38,409 nt of DNA from an uncultured Actinomycetes bacterium (GTDB lineage Bacteria; Actinomycetota; Actinomycetes; Nanopelagicales; Nanopelagicaceae), in the NCBI GenBank assembly GCA_964647945.1, contig CAZYJU010000002.1:15327-53735 (forward strand), given 5' to 3'. The notes beneath the pieces are model-generated. The model had not been told where the DNA came from and searched no databases. It saw only the letters and a program-made list of their open reading frames with translations. This document shows, one piece after another, positions 19,588 to 29,154 of the stretch. Every line of letters starts with the position of its first letter. Position 1 is the stretch's first letter. The translations under genes were made by a program, and so were the position numbers.

Positions 19588-19593
19588 ATATTA
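19588..19593 (-). promoter_or_regulatory. Candidate -10 hexamer for a leaderless VIT-family transcript
   Basis: Minus-strand TAATAT sits exactly 6 nt upstream of the ATG at 19581, with no Shine-Dalgarno. Confidence 0.35.
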
Positions 19594-19624
19594 CCCTGAA
19601 GTTAACCTTACGAAGCAGAAAGAA

Positions 19625-20440
19625 TTAGCGTTTGGTGCGCAATTGGCGAAAAAATAACGAATATGCCGAGGCGCCAATAACCAAACTCACCCATTGATTA
19701 AGGCGAAGACCAGCGATTTCGTGGGCAGAATCAATTCTTAGTCCCTCAATGAGGAAACGATAAGAGCAATATCCTGCTACGTAGAGTTTGAATAATGATC
19801 CTGATGGGAATCGCCCGGTGATCTTTATCAGTAAAAAAGCTAGTGCGAAATTACAGAGCGCTTCATATAGAAATGTTGGATGGTAAGTCGCAATATCAAC
19901 GCTCTCTGGTGGCCTTAAGAATCTCGGAATCTCAAGCGCCCAAGGTAACTGAGTGGGAGATCCAAATAATTCACCGTTAAACCAATTACCAAATCGGCCA
20001 ATTCCTTGCGCTACAAGTAAGCCCGGTGCCAAGGCATCCATGAAATAAGAAAACTCTGGCACATCGGTCTGATCGGAATCTTTCTGCAACTTTCGATAGC
20101 GCCAATAGGCAACCAAGCCACCTAAAGTGATTGCGCCCCAGATTCCAAGGCCACCTTCGTAGATCTTCAAGATATCAATAAAATTTCCATTTGCACCAAA
20201 GAAATTCTCGGGTGTAGTTATAACGTGATAAAGCCTTCCGCCAACTACTCCGGCAGGTACGACCCAAAGTGCAAGGTCGCTAACTACTGATTTGGCACCA
20301 CCAAACTTTTGATACCTACGATCGCCAATCCATACCGCTGCGATCACGCCAGCGATAATGCAAAGTGCGTATGCGTGGAAAGTTAGTGGGCCAACAGAGA
20401 ATTCAGAGACTGTTGGGGTAGGGATGTAATTAAAGAACAA
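19625..20440 (-). CDS. lgt: Prolipoprotein diacylglyceryl transferase
   Basis: 271 aa with GGRLYHV and GRFGNWFNGELFG motifs. TTG start directly abuts the upstream stop (TAATTG). Confidence 0.92.
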   Translation of the reverse strand: MFFNYIPTPTVSEFSVGPLTFHAYALCIIAGVIAAVWIGDRRYQKFGGAKSVVSDLALWVVPAGVVGGRLYHVITTPENFFGANGNFIDILKIYEGGLGIWGAITLGGLVAYWRYRKLQKDSDQTDVPEFSYFMDALAPGLLVAQGIGRFGNWFNGELFGSPTQLPWALEIPRFLRPPESVDIATYHPTFLYEALCNFALAFLLIKITGRFPSGSLFKLYVAGYCSYRFLIEGLRIDSAHEIAGLRLNQWVSLVIGASAYSLFFRQLRTKR

Positions 20441-21130
20441 TTACTTTCCGAAAACTAGTTTTTCCAAAGTCTTAGCATCAAAGTAGTTGGCATTGATTCG
20501 CTCAATTTCTTTTCCGTTAATGAATACGGTTGGAGTTGAGTTCACATTTCGGCTTGAACCGTCTGCTGCAACATTGTTGACCCAATCTTGGTACTTGCCA
20601 TCGTTTACGCATCCTTCAAACTTGCTACTAGTGATGCCTAATTGCTTACCAAGTTCTACCAATGCCGGTGGCGTCCACTTCCCTGAATTCTCAGAGGCTG
20701 CCATATTTACATAAAGAGCTTCGTGGTACTGCAAAAACTTTCCTTCATCCGCCGCGCAAGCTGCAGCATTTGCCATGTAAGCAGACTCTGCGCCAATGAA
20801 TGAAAGTGGGTGGAAGACCACTGTCGCCTTCTTGGCATCGATCCACTCTTTTACTTGCTTTGCATTGATCGCTTCGAAGTTACGACAAACTGGACATTGA
20901 AAATCTTCCCAGATATCGATCTTCGGGACGCCAGTTAGCTCTTTGTTAAATACGATTCCGTAACCTTCACTCTTTTCAACAGAGGCAGGAACTGAGGCAT
21001 TGGAGTCTGCGCGGTTGGTGCTATACGAGACTCCAACTCCGACTACCAGCACCAGCGAGACCATTCCGATCACTAAGTTTCTAGTGACGTTATCTTTCTT
21101 CTTCTCTGGTTTCTTATCTGGTTTTGCCAT
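20441..21130 (-). CDS. Membrane-anchored DsbA-like thioredoxin-fold oxidoreductase
   Basis: 229 aa. N-terminal Lys-rich tail plus one TM helix, CPVC active site (FQCPVCRNFE), and a DsbA-like C-terminal part. GGAG Shine-Dalgarno lies 5 nt upstream. Confidence 0.8.
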   Translation of the reverse strand: MAKPDKKPEKKKDNVTRNLVIGMVSLVLVVGVGVSYSTNRADSNASVPASVEKSEGYGIVFNKELTGVPKIDIWEDFQCPVCRNFEAINAKQVKEWIDAKKATVVFHPLSFIGAESAYMANAAACAADEGKFLQYHEALYVNMAASENSGKWTPPALVELGKQLGITSSKFEGCVNDGKYQDWVNNVAADGSSRNVNSTPTVFINGKEIERINANYFDAKTLEKLVFGK

Positions 21131-21143
21131 TCTCTCTCCGCCT

Positions 21144-21644
21144 TTACTGGTTACGCTCTAGCGCCCATTTGGTCACAGGGTATTTATATAGGTATACGGC
21201 TAACAAGAAAAACACGATATCTCTTCCAATTTCTTGAAGGTATTTCGTCTCACCTGGTTCAACTGCGCCACCGCCACCGAAGCAGCCACAGTCAATCGAA
21301 AGGCCGCGTAGGCCTGCTTGGGTGATCGCTGCAATAAAGAGCAGCATCAAAGCGGCAGTTGCAATTGCCATTGGCCTGATGGCGACTCCCAAAATCAAAA
21401 GTATCGCCATTGCGATCTCGGCCCATGGAAGGATTACGCCAATTACATTTGCAACGGAAATTGGTAAAACTTCATAAGCTCGCACCGCCATCTGTGCTTT
21501 GTCGAATTCAAATGCCTTTAGCCATCCAGCGATTAACAAAACCCCGCCAAGTATCAGACGTGAGAGCAATCCAAACCATGGTCTAAAGAAGACCCAGTTC
21601 ACTTTGCCATCTACCTTCCAAGCTACTTTCTCTTCCGAACTCAT
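21144..21644 (-). CDS. MauE/DoxX-family redox-associated membrane protein
   Basis: 166 aa with about 4 TM helices and a DCGCFGGGG cysteine motif in a loop. ATGA overlap with the trpA stop. Confidence 0.75.
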   Translation of the reverse strand: MSSEEKVAWKVDGKVNWVFFRPWFGLLSRLILGGVLLIAGWLKAFEFDKAQMAVRAYEVLPISVANVIGVILPWAEIAMAILLILGVAIRPMAIATAALMLLFIAAITQAGLRGLSIDCGCFGGGGAVEPGETKYLQEIGRDIVFFLLAVYLYKYPVTKWALERNQ

Positions 21645-22420
21645 GCTGCCACCCCTGCCTTCAATTTTCCTGCCAATTCTTTGACTGCAACTAGCCCAGC
21701 GTCGAAGTTTGGTGCGTTTTGAATTGCATTGATAAATGCACTTCCGACAATCACGCCATCTGCATACCTTGCAACATCTTTAGCCTGTTCTGGGGTGGAT
21801 ACTCCAAGGCCAACGCATACTGGAAGCGTTGTGTATTTACGGATTCGTGCGACCAAACTCTCTGCAGCGTTTGATACTTCGGCTCTTGCGCCAGTTACGC
21901 CCATAAGAGATGCTGCGTAAACAAAGCCTGAGCACTTCGATAATACTTTCTGTAATCGATCATCGTTACTACTTGGTGCAACTACATATATTGAATTTAC
22001 TTTCTTATCTTTGCAAGCAACCAACCAGCTATCTGACTCTTCAACCGTTAAATCTGGAGTTATCGTTCCGCTACCTGCAGCTTTAGCTAAATCTTCTGCG
22101 AATCTATCCACGCCATAACGCTCGATTGGATTCCAGTAACTCATCACAACTGCCGGGGCTAATTTCGATGCAAAATCAAGAGTCTCCAAAACATCAGATG
22201 CCTTGGTTCCATTTGCTAATGATTGCTCTGCCGCAGCTTGGATGGTTGGTCCGTCCATGACTGGATCGCTATATGGAAAACCAACTTCAACTGCATCAAC
22301 ACCGCCTTCAACCATTGCCTTGATGATTGCCTTAGCGCCTTCAATAGTTGGATAGCCGGCAGGCATGTATCCAATTAATTTCTTACCAGGTGTATTAAAG
22401 AGCTCTTCTAGCGCGGTCAT
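21641..22420 (-). CDS. trpA: Tryptophan synthase alpha chain
   Basis: 259 aa with [15 protein letters not shown] and the [13 protein letters not shown] segment. ATGA overlap with trpB. Confidence 0.93.
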   Translation of the reverse strand: MTALEELFNTPGKKLIGYMPAGYPTIEGAKAIIKAMVEGGVDAVEVGFPYSDPVMDGPTIQAAAEQSLANGTKASDVLETLDFASKLAPAVVMSYWNPIERYGVDRFAEDLAKAAGSGTITPDLTVEESDSWLVACKDKKVNSIYVVAPSSNDDRLQKVLSKCSGFVYAASLMGVTGARAEVSNAAESLVARIRKYTTLPVCVGLGVSTPEQAKDVARYADGVIVGSAFINAIQNAPNFDAGLVAVKELAGKLKAGVAA

Positions 22421-23595
22421 TCCAGTGGAATCCCAAAATACTTCGCTGCGGTTTGCACATCTTTATCTCCGCGACCTGAGAGATTTATCAAGATAATCGA
22501 ATTTGGACCAAGTTCTTTACCAACTTGCATCGCTCCAGCTAATGCATGTGCTGTTTCAATCGCAGGGATTATGCCTTCGCTCTTTGAAAGAAGTGAGAAT
22601 GCTTCCATTGCTTGATCATCGGTGATGGAACGATATTCCGCACGGCCGATGTCGTGTAGCAGCGCATGCTCTGGACCAACTCCGGGGTAATCTAAACCTG
22701 CACTTATGGAATGCGACTCAACGGTTTGACCATTTTCATCTTGCAGAACATAAGTTCTGGTTCCGTGCAAAACGCCAACTGTTCCACCTGAGATTGTTGA
22801 TGCATGGCGACCAGTCTCAATTCCATCGCCGCCAGCTTCAAGTCCAATTAAACGTACGCTCTCATCTTCGATAAATCTATGGAAAATGCCGATCGCGTTT
22901 GAACCACCACCGACGCAAGCTAATACTGCATCAGGCAGACGTCCCGTTAATTCGAGAACCTGTTCGCGAGATTCGTCTCCAATTATTCGGTGGAAGTCAC
23001 GAACCATCTCTGGAAATGGATGTGGACCTGCAACAGTACCAAGCAGATAATGAGTGTTCTCCACATTGGTTACCCAATCGCGCATCGCTTCGTTGATTGC
23101 ATCTTTTAAAGTTCGTGAACCAGTAGTAACCGGAACTACTTGCGCTCCTAGAAGTTTCATTCGCGCCACATTTAAAGCTTGGCGTTTGGTGTCCTCTTCG
23201 CCCATGTAAACCACGCATTCAAGACCAAGCAGAGCAGCTGCAGTTGCCGAAGCAACGCCATGTTGTCCAGCGCCGGTTTCGGCAATGATGCGGGGCTTAC
23301 CCATTCGTTTGGTAAGTAGCGCTTGCCCCAAAACATTATTGATTTTGTGTGAACCGGTATGGTTTAGATCTTCTCGCTTTAGAAGAATCCGTGCGCCACC
23401 ACAATATTCTGAGAATCGTTTCGCTTCAGTGAGGATTGATGGACGGCCCGAATAGGTTTTGTGTAACTCTGCTAATTCTTTTTGGAAACTTGGATCAGAT
23501 TTTGCGGTATTAAATGCCGCCGTTAATTCTTCGAGCGCTGGAATTAGCGCTTCCGGCACGAACCGACCACCGTACTGGCCAAAGTGTCCGTCCAT
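22417..23595 (-). CDS. trpB: Tryptophan synthase beta chain
   Basis: 392 aa with the PLP lysine motif [11 protein letters not shown] and GGGSNAIG. Confidence 0.95.
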   Translation of the reverse strand: MDGHFGQYGGRFVPEALIPALEELTAAFNTAKSDPSFQKELAELHKTYSGRPSILTEAKRFSEYCGGARILLKREDLNHTGSHKINNVLGQALLTKRMGKPRIIAETGAGQHGVASATAAALLGLECVVYMGEEDTKRQALNVARMKLLGAQVVPVTTGSRTLKDAINEAMRDWVTNVENTHYLLGTVAGPHPFPEMVRDFHRIIGDESREQVLELTGRLPDAVLACVGGGSNAIGIFHRFIEDESVRLIGLEAGGDGIETGRHASTISGGTVGVLHGTRTYVLQDENGQTVESHSISAGLDYPGVGPEHALLHDIGRAEYRSITDDQAMEAFSLLSKSEGIIPAIETAHALAGAMQVGKELGPNSIILINLSGRGDKDVQTAAKYFGIPLE

Positions 23596-23658
23596 AGTCG
23601 CAAATCTTACTGGCGCGGTATTTACCCAAGTTACCTATTTATGCCCGTCTATGCCAAA

Positions 23659-24426
23659 TTAGGTGTGACCTAAGAGATTAGCCATTCCAGTTATTGGATC
23701 TCCCGCTTTTACTAAGGCCTCTCCGACCAAAATCACATTTGCACCGGCTCTCTCTGCCGTAACCACCTGCGAACGATTCGCAATACCTGACTCTGCCACT
23801 CGCACCAATTCCGAAGGAATTCTCGGGATTAATTCATCAAATAGATTGATATCAACTTCTAAAGTTTTCAAATTTCTTGCATTTACTCCAACAATCTTTG
23901 GTTCGATTGCCATGGCATCTTCCAACTCATCAAGTGTATGAATTTCCACTAATGCAGACATCCCCAACTCTTCAGTCAAAGAGAGATAATCCTTAAGTTG
24001 GGATTTTGACAGGGCGGCGACAATTAAAAGCACCAAATCAGCACCATAAGCACGAGCTTCATAGAATTGATATTCATCAATCATGAAATCTTTTCTCAAG
24101 ATTGGTAGCTCCACTGCTTTTCGCACTGCAATCAGATCATCGAGCGAACCTTTAAATCTGCGCTGTTCAGTTAAAACGCTGATAGCGCTAGCGCCAGCGC
24201 TCTGATATTGCTCCGCCAATTTGGCTGGGTCAGCAATCTCCGCTAAATCGCCTTTGCTAGGTGAACTTCGTTTTACCTCCGCAATCACCGACATCTGATC
24301 TAGCGGAAAATTGGGGTTTCTTGGAGGGTCGGCAGCCAAAATCATTTCGTTTAATTTTGAGAGCGGTTCGCGCCTTGCCGCTAAATCCTCACGGACTCCA
24401 GAAATTATTGAATCAAGGACTGTCAT
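23659..24426 (-). CDS. trpC: Indole-3-glycerol phosphate synthase
   Basis: The N-terminus MTVLDSIISGVREDL and IAEVKRSSPSKG are typical TrpC. The ORF track extends to TTG 24462; I prefer ATG 24426 because it forms an ATGA overlap with the upstream sORF stop. Confidence 0.9.
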   Translation of the reverse strand: MTVLDSIISGVREDLAARREPLSKLNEMILAADPPRNPNFPLDQMSVIAEVKRSSPSKGDLAEIADPAKLAEQYQSAGASAISVLTEQRRFKGSLDDLIAVRKAVELPILRKDFMIDEYQFYEARAYGADLVLLIVAALSKSQLKDYLSLTEELGMSALVEIHTLDELEDAMAIEPKIVGVNARNLKTLEVDINLFDELIPRIPSELVRVAESGIANRSQVVTAERAGANVILVGEALVKAGDPITGMANLLGHT

Positions 24427-24581
24427 TCTGATGGATCGATTCCGCGATCTAACTTCTGCCAATCGCTTATCTCTTTTGGATTTCGGTCGTAGCGGGATGT
24501 TCGTTTTCTTTTGCTACCTATGTACATAACTAACGCAAGAACCAAGATGATAGTGATAGCAAAAGCTAAAGTCTCGCTCAT
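24423..24581 (-). CDS. 52-aa small membrane protein between trpE and trpC; not in the ORF track because it is under 60 aa
   Basis: Translation is MSETLAFAITIILVLALVMYIGSKRKRTSRYDRNPKEISDWQKLDRGIDPSE. That is one hydrophobic helix, then a basic cluster. Its ATG overlaps the trpE TGA (ATGA) and its TGA overlaps the trpC ATG (ATGA). Confidence 0.6.
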   Translation of the reverse strand: MSETLAFAITIILVLALVMYIGSKRKRTSRYDRNPKEISDWQKLDRGIDPSE

Positions 24582-26074
24582 GTCGCCACCTTTAGATTAT
24601 TTGCAGCGCTGATTGCCCCAAGCACTGCAGCTGCCTTATTTAAACACTCTTGGTTCTCAGATTCCGCATCGGAATCGGCAACGATTCCAGCGCCTGCTTG
24701 TACGTATGCAATTCCTTCCTTGATTACTGCAGTTCGAATAATTATGCAGGTATCGATATTTCCCGAAAAATCGAGATACCCAAGCGCGCCACCATAAAGT
24801 CCTCTTCGATTCGGTTCTAGCTCTTCGATGATCTGCATGGCTCTTGGTTTTGGTGCACCGGATAAAGTCCCAGCAGGAAAAGTTGCAAAGAGCGCTTCGA
24901 TCGGAGCCTTTTCTTTTGCTAAATCTCCCGTGACTGTCGAAACAATATGCATTACATGAGAGAAGCGCTCAATGTTCATAAACTCAACAACTTCTACGCT
25001 TCCAGAGGTGCATACCCTGCCCAGATCGTTCCTACCTAAATCAACAAGCATCAAATGTTCGGCTCGTTCTTTCGGATCTGCGAGAAGTTCTTTTGCGATC
25101 AATTCATCTTGTTCCGGAGAATTGGAGCGCTTTCTGGTTCCGGCAATTGGATGCACCATCACTTTTCCATCGGTTACTTTAACTAGCGCCTCTGGGCTAG
25201 AGCCCACTACATCTAAACCATCCTCAAAACGTAAGAAATACATGTAGGGGCTCGGGTTGTGCAGCCTAAGCATCCGATAGACATCAATCGAATCCGCGCT
25301 ACATTCGGTTGCAAACCTCTGAGAGATCACTACTTGAAAGGCTTCGCCTTTCTTGATCTCCTCTTTAACCAGAGAGACCTTCTCTAAGAATTCACTCTCC
25401 TTGATATTTCGCTTGAATTCTGGGTTCTTCTCTCTGCCTTTTTGATCAACGTAAGCAAGATTTCCAGGCAGGGGCGCAAGTAAATCTTGCTGCATTCGAT
25501 CCAGACGTTTGACGGCAAGTTCGTAAACTTCATCGACTCTCTCATCGCTACCATCCCAATTAATGACATTTGCTATTAATGTGATTGTGCCTTCAGCGTG
25601 ATCCATAACAGCTAAATCTGAAGTCAACATAAATTCAAGTTCGGGAACGCCTAAATCATCTTTCGAAATTTGCGGTAATTTCTCTAATCGTCTTACGCTG
25701 TCATAACCCAGATAACCGACCAACCCTCCGGTTAGCGTCGGCATACCTGGTAACTTCGGTGAGCGCAGATGTGCAGATGCCTCTCGAAGCGCAGTTAATG
25801 GATCAACTCCAGTTGGTGCCCCTGCTGGCATCACACCACGCCAAAAAACCTCTCCATCCTTCTCCGTTAAAGTCGCCTCAGAAGATACGCCGATAAATGA
25901 ATATCTAGACCAGACTCCACCATGTTCGGCAGATTCAAGTAGAAAAGTGTTGGGTTTTAATTTAGCCAACTTTCGATAGACGCCAATAGGAGTCTCGCCA
26001 TCTGCCAATAGTTTTCTAGTAACCGGAATTACGTTGTAACTCTTAGCAAATTCCCGAAAAGTTGATAGGTCCAT
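24578..26074 (-). CDS. trpE: Anthranilate synthase component I
   Basis: 498 aa with the chorismate-binding motifs GTLSGAPKPRAMQII and RGLYGGALGYLDF. Its start overlaps the hisI stop (TAATG). Confidence 0.95.
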   Translation of the reverse strand: MDLSTFREFAKSYNVIPVTRKLLADGETPIGVYRKLAKLKPNTFLLESAEHGGVWSRYSFIGVSSEATLTEKDGEVFWRGVMPAGAPTGVDPLTALREASAHLRSPKLPGMPTLTGGLVGYLGYDSVRRLEKLPQISKDDLGVPELEFMLTSDLAVMDHAEGTITLIANVINWDGSDERVDEVYELAVKRLDRMQQDLLAPLPGNLAYVDQKGREKNPEFKRNIKESEFLEKVSLVKEEIKKGEAFQVVISQRFATECSADSIDVYRMLRLHNPSPYMYFLRFEDGLDVVGSSPEALVKVTDGKVMVHPIAGTRKRSNSPEQDELIAKELLADPKERAEHLMLVDLGRNDLGRVCTSGSVEVVEFMNIERFSHVMHIVSTVTGDLAKEKAPIEALFATFPAGTLSGAPKPRAMQIIEELEPNRRGLYGGALGYLDFSGNIDTCIIIRTAVIKEGIAYVQAGAGIVADSDAESENQECLNKAAAVLGAISAANNLKVAT

Positions 26075-26430
26075 TATCTATTTTCGTTAGAAATCTCGAG
26101 CAAGTCATTATGGAAACAGGTCACTGCTCCGGTATGACAAGCGCTACCAATCTGATTAACTTTAAGCAAGATTGCATCCCCATCACAATCGAATGAAATC
26201 TCAACTACTTCTTGAAAATGTCCTGAGGTCTCGCCTTTTACCCATATATCTTTTCGGCTTCTACTGAAGTAGGTGGCCCTTTTGCTATCTATGGTTTTTG
26301 CAAGAGACTCCTCGCTCATCCAAGCCAGCATCAAAACTTGATTGGTTGTGGCATCTTGCGCGATGGCAGGGATCAATCCGTTGGCGAACCCTTTTGTAAG
26401 CGCTTCTTTTACAGCCACTGAGATCTGCAT
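26074..26430 (-). CDS. hisI: Phosphoribosyl-AMP cyclohydrolase (monofunctional HisI)
   Basis: 118 aa with [16 protein letters not shown] and [20 protein letters not shown]. Confidence 0.92.
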   Translation of the reverse strand: MQISVAVKEALTKGFANGLIPAIAQDATTNQVLMLAWMSEESLAKTIDSKRATYFSRSRKDIWVKGETSGHFQEVVEISFDCDGDAILLKVNQIGSACHTGAVTCFHNDLLEISNENR

Positions 26431-26444
26431 AGCGAAATTCTGCC

Positions 26445-27212
26445 CTATTTATTGAGCGCTTGGCGCACAATATATCCGCGTTGGCTTAGATAGTTTTTCA
26501 CATCTGCGATTCTAAAAGTTCCGAAGTGAAATACGCTGGCGGCAAGAAGAGCATCCGCACCAGCATCAATGGCATCTGCAAAATCTTCAAGTTTTCCCGC
26601 ACCGCCAGAGGCAATCAATGGAACCGATGAGATTTTACGAATCGCAGAAATCATCTCTAAATCAAATCCAGATTTGGTGCCATCAGCATCCATAGAATTC
26701 AACAAGATTTCCCCGATACCTAATTGGCATGCTTTTGCAATCCAATCTTTAGCTTCGATTCCGGTCTTCTCTCGTCCACCATGAGTAGTTACCTGGAATA
26801 TTCCATCGCTACGCTTAACGTCGACTGAGAGCACTAAGACTTGTGATCCGAATTGATTGGAGATCTCTGATATCAAACTTGGTCGAGCAATAGCAGCGGT
26901 GTTGATACTTACCTTATCTGCACCGTTTCGAAGTAATCGATCAACATCATCGATGCTTCGAATCCCACCACCCACAGTGAGCGGTATAAATACTTGCTCT
27001 GCGGTTCTTCTGACCACATCGATGGTGGTATCTCTATTCGAACTGCTTGCAGTGATATCTAGGAAGGTAAGTTCGTCTGCGCCTTCTAGATAGTAATTGC
27101 CTGCTAATTCAACTGGATCGCCGGCATCCTGCAAATTTAAGAAATTGACGCCTTTAACTACGCGACCATTGTCGACATCCAAACAAGGAATAATTCTTAC
27201 TGCAAGAGACAT
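26445..27212 (-). CDS. hisF: Imidazole glycerol phosphate synthase cyclase subunit
   Basis: 255 aa with [16 protein letters not shown] and the ASGGAG phosphate-binding segment. Confidence 0.95.
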   Translation of the reverse strand: MSLAVRIIPCLDVDNGRVVKGVNFLNLQDAGDPVELAGNYYLEGADELTFLDITASSSNRDTTIDVVRRTAEQVFIPLTVGGGIRSIDDVDRLLRNGADKVSINTAAIARPSLISEISNQFGSQVLVLSVDVKRSDGIFQVTTHGGREKTGIEAKDWIAKACQLGIGEILLNSMDADGTKSGFDLEMISAIRKISSVPLIASGGAGKLEDFADAIDAGADALLAASVFHFGTFRIADVKNYLSQRGYIVRQALNK

Positions 27213-27977
27213 TTAATTTGCCACCATCAACGCATCTTTTAATGAGAACGCCCCTGCATAAAGCGCTTTACCCATAATCGCGCCCTCAACCCCAATGGAA
27301 ACCAACTCGCGCAATGACTTTATATCTTCAAGGCTTGCGATGCCTCCGGATGCGACGATTGGCGCTTTGGTTACTGCGCAGACACTTCTTAGCAGATCTA
27401 GATTTGGACCCTTTAAAGTTCCGTCTTTGGTTACATCTGTTACTACATAACGTGCGCAACCATTTCGATCTAACCGCTCAATAGTTTCGAAGAGATCTCC
27501 ACCCTCTTTGGTCCAACCTCTGGCTGCCAAAGTTCTGCCTCGAACATCTAATCCAACTGCAATGCGATCACCGTATTTAGATATAACTTTCTCAGTCCAT
27601 TCAGGATTTTCAAGTGCCGCGGTGCCTAAGTTGACTCGTTTGCAACCAGTGGCAAGTGCTCGATTTAAAGATTGATCATCTCGGATACCGCCGGAGAGCT
27701 CGACCTTTATATCTAGTTTTCCAATTACTTCCGCTAAAAGTTCAGCATTACTTCCTAAACCAAAGGCTGCATCCAAATCAACTAAATGGATCCATTCCGC
27801 ACCAGCGTTTTGAAAATCAAGCGCTGCATCAATTGGAGAACCGTAATTTGATTCGCTACCTAGCTCTCCTTGAACTAGTCGGACCGCCTTGCCATCTTTA
27901 ACATCAACGGCTGGTAGTAGTTCTAACTTAAGAATTTCCGATTTGGAATTTTCCGATTTGAAATTATTAATTGTCAT
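27213..27977 (-). CDS. priA: ProFAR isomerase HisA, probably the bifunctional HisA/TrpF (PriA) type
   Basis: [15 protein letters not shown] and the (beta-alpha)8 phosphate-binding ASGGI segment. I chose ATG 27977 because it gives an ATGA overlap with hisH, rather than the TTG at 27992. The PriA assignment is inferred from actinobacterial context and the absence of trpF here. Confidence 0.85.
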   Translation of the reverse strand: MTINNFKSENSKSEILKLELLPAVDVKDGKAVRLVQGELGSESNYGSPIDAALDFQNAGAEWIHLVDLDAAFGLGSNAELLAEVIGKLDIKVELSGGIRDDQSLNRALATGCKRVNLGTAALENPEWTEKVISKYGDRIAVGLDVRGRTLAARGWTKEGGDLFETIERLDRNGCARYVVTDVTKDGTLKGPNLDLLRSVCAVTKAPIVASGGIASLEDIKSLRELVSIGVEGAIMGKALYAGAFSLKDALMVAN

Positions 27978-28576
27978 AACCCGCTCACCCAATTTGAGAT
28001 CAACTTTAAACCTGCCGCACCACTTTTTTCAGGGTGAAACTGTGTGGCTGTTATTGGACCCTTTTCAAACGCTGCTAAAAAATCTCCGTGATAATTCGTC
28101 ACTCCAGTCGAATCCAAACTGCTCTCGCTCCAATTCCTAACTGCATAGGAATGAACAAAGTAGAACGATTCATTTTCGACACCGTTAAAGATCCGCGATT
28201 TACCAGTGACTTTGAGGTTATTCCAACCCATATGTGGAAGCACGGGAGCATCCAAGGATTCAACAACACCTTTAACTGCTCCGACGCCTGCAGTAAATGA
28301 ATTTTCTGTACCTGAATCAAAAAGTATCTGCATTCCGACGCAAATACCGAAGATGGGTTTGCCACTTGCGATTCGATTTTTGATTAGTTGATCTCCATTT
28401 ATTTTCAATAAACCAGCCATGCAAGATGCGAATGCACCAACACCCGGAACTACTAAACCAGTTGCATTTATTGCTGTCTCGGGATCAGAGGTTAAAGTGA
28501 CTTTGCGACCAGTGGTTTCAAATGCGCGAAGCGCCGATCTTAAATTTCCTGACCCATAGTCAAGAATTGCAATCAA
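27974..28576 (-). CDS. hisH: Imidazole glycerol phosphate synthase glutaminase subunit
   Basis: 200 aa. Class I amidotransferase with the nucleophile in [12 protein letters not shown] and a C-terminal FHPEKS segment. Confidence 0.93.
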   Translation of the reverse strand: MIAILDYGSGNLRSALRAFETTGRKVTLTSDPETAINATGLVVPGVGAFASCMAGLLKINGDQLIKNRIASGKPIFGICVGMQILFDSGTENSFTAGVGAVKGVVESLDAPVLPHMGWNNLKVTGKSRIFNGVENESFYFVHSYAVRNWSESSLDSTGVTNYHGDFLAAFEKGPITATQFHPEKSGAAGLKLISNWVSGL

Positions 28577-29154
28577 AGCGTTCCCTTTGTAGATGGAATC
28601 CCTGCCACACCATCTAACTTAATTGCATCGCGTAGCGCTCTTGCCACCGCTTTGAATTGGGATTCAAACACATGGTGTGCATTGCGACCTTCCAAAACTC
28701 TGATGTGAATGGCAATTCGCGCCTCGGCCACAATAGATTCCCAAATATGTTTACCTAAAGTGGTATCAAAAGTACCAATCAATTCAACGATCTCCGGTTG
28801 GCGGTAAACCAAGTAAGGGCGACCTGAAAGATCAATTGCAACTTGGGTCAAACTCTCATCAATCGGAACTAGCGCATCACCAAATCGGCGAATCCCCGCT
28901 TTGTCACCTAACGCTTCACGTAGCGCTTGCCCAAAAGCGAGAGCAGTATCTTCAACTGTATGGTGCGAATCCACTTCGATGTCGCCAACAGTTTTAATGG
29001 TCAGATCAATACCGGAGTGCTTCCCCAATTGACTCATCATGTGATCGAAGAATGGAACTCCAGTTTCCACGGAGACGTTACCGCTACCATCCAGATTTAA
29101 CTCAACTAAAACTGAGGATTCTTTGGTCTTTCGTTCTACTCGTGCAATTCTCAT
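28573..29154 (-). CDS. hisB: Imidazoleglycerol-phosphate dehydratase
   Basis: 193 aa with DSHHTVEDTALAFGQAL and the NAHHVFESQFKA histidine motifs. Confidence 0.95.
   Translation of the reverse strand: MRIARVERKTKESSVLVELNLDGSGNVSVETGVPFFDHMMSQLGKHSGIDLTIKTVGDIEVDSHHTVEDTALAFGQALREALGDKAGIRRFGDALVPIDESLTQVAIDLSGRPYLVYRQPEIVELIGTFDTTLGKHIWESIVAEARIAIHIRVLEGRNAHHVFESQFKAVARALRDAIKLDGVAGIPSTKGTL

Noticed and set aside
23596-23658. Small ORF or trpM/trpX-like gene in the trpC-trpB spacer
   Set aside because: There is no start codon followed by an open frame of meaningful length in the 63-nt gap. A TAAGAT hexamer 8 nt upstream of the trpB ATG was noted, but the spacing is off compared with the other leaderless candidates.
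26060-26090. Trp leader peptide or attenuator upstream of trpE
   Set aside because: The trpE ATG overlaps the hisI stop (TAATG). There is no leader region at all, so classical attenuation is impossible at this position.
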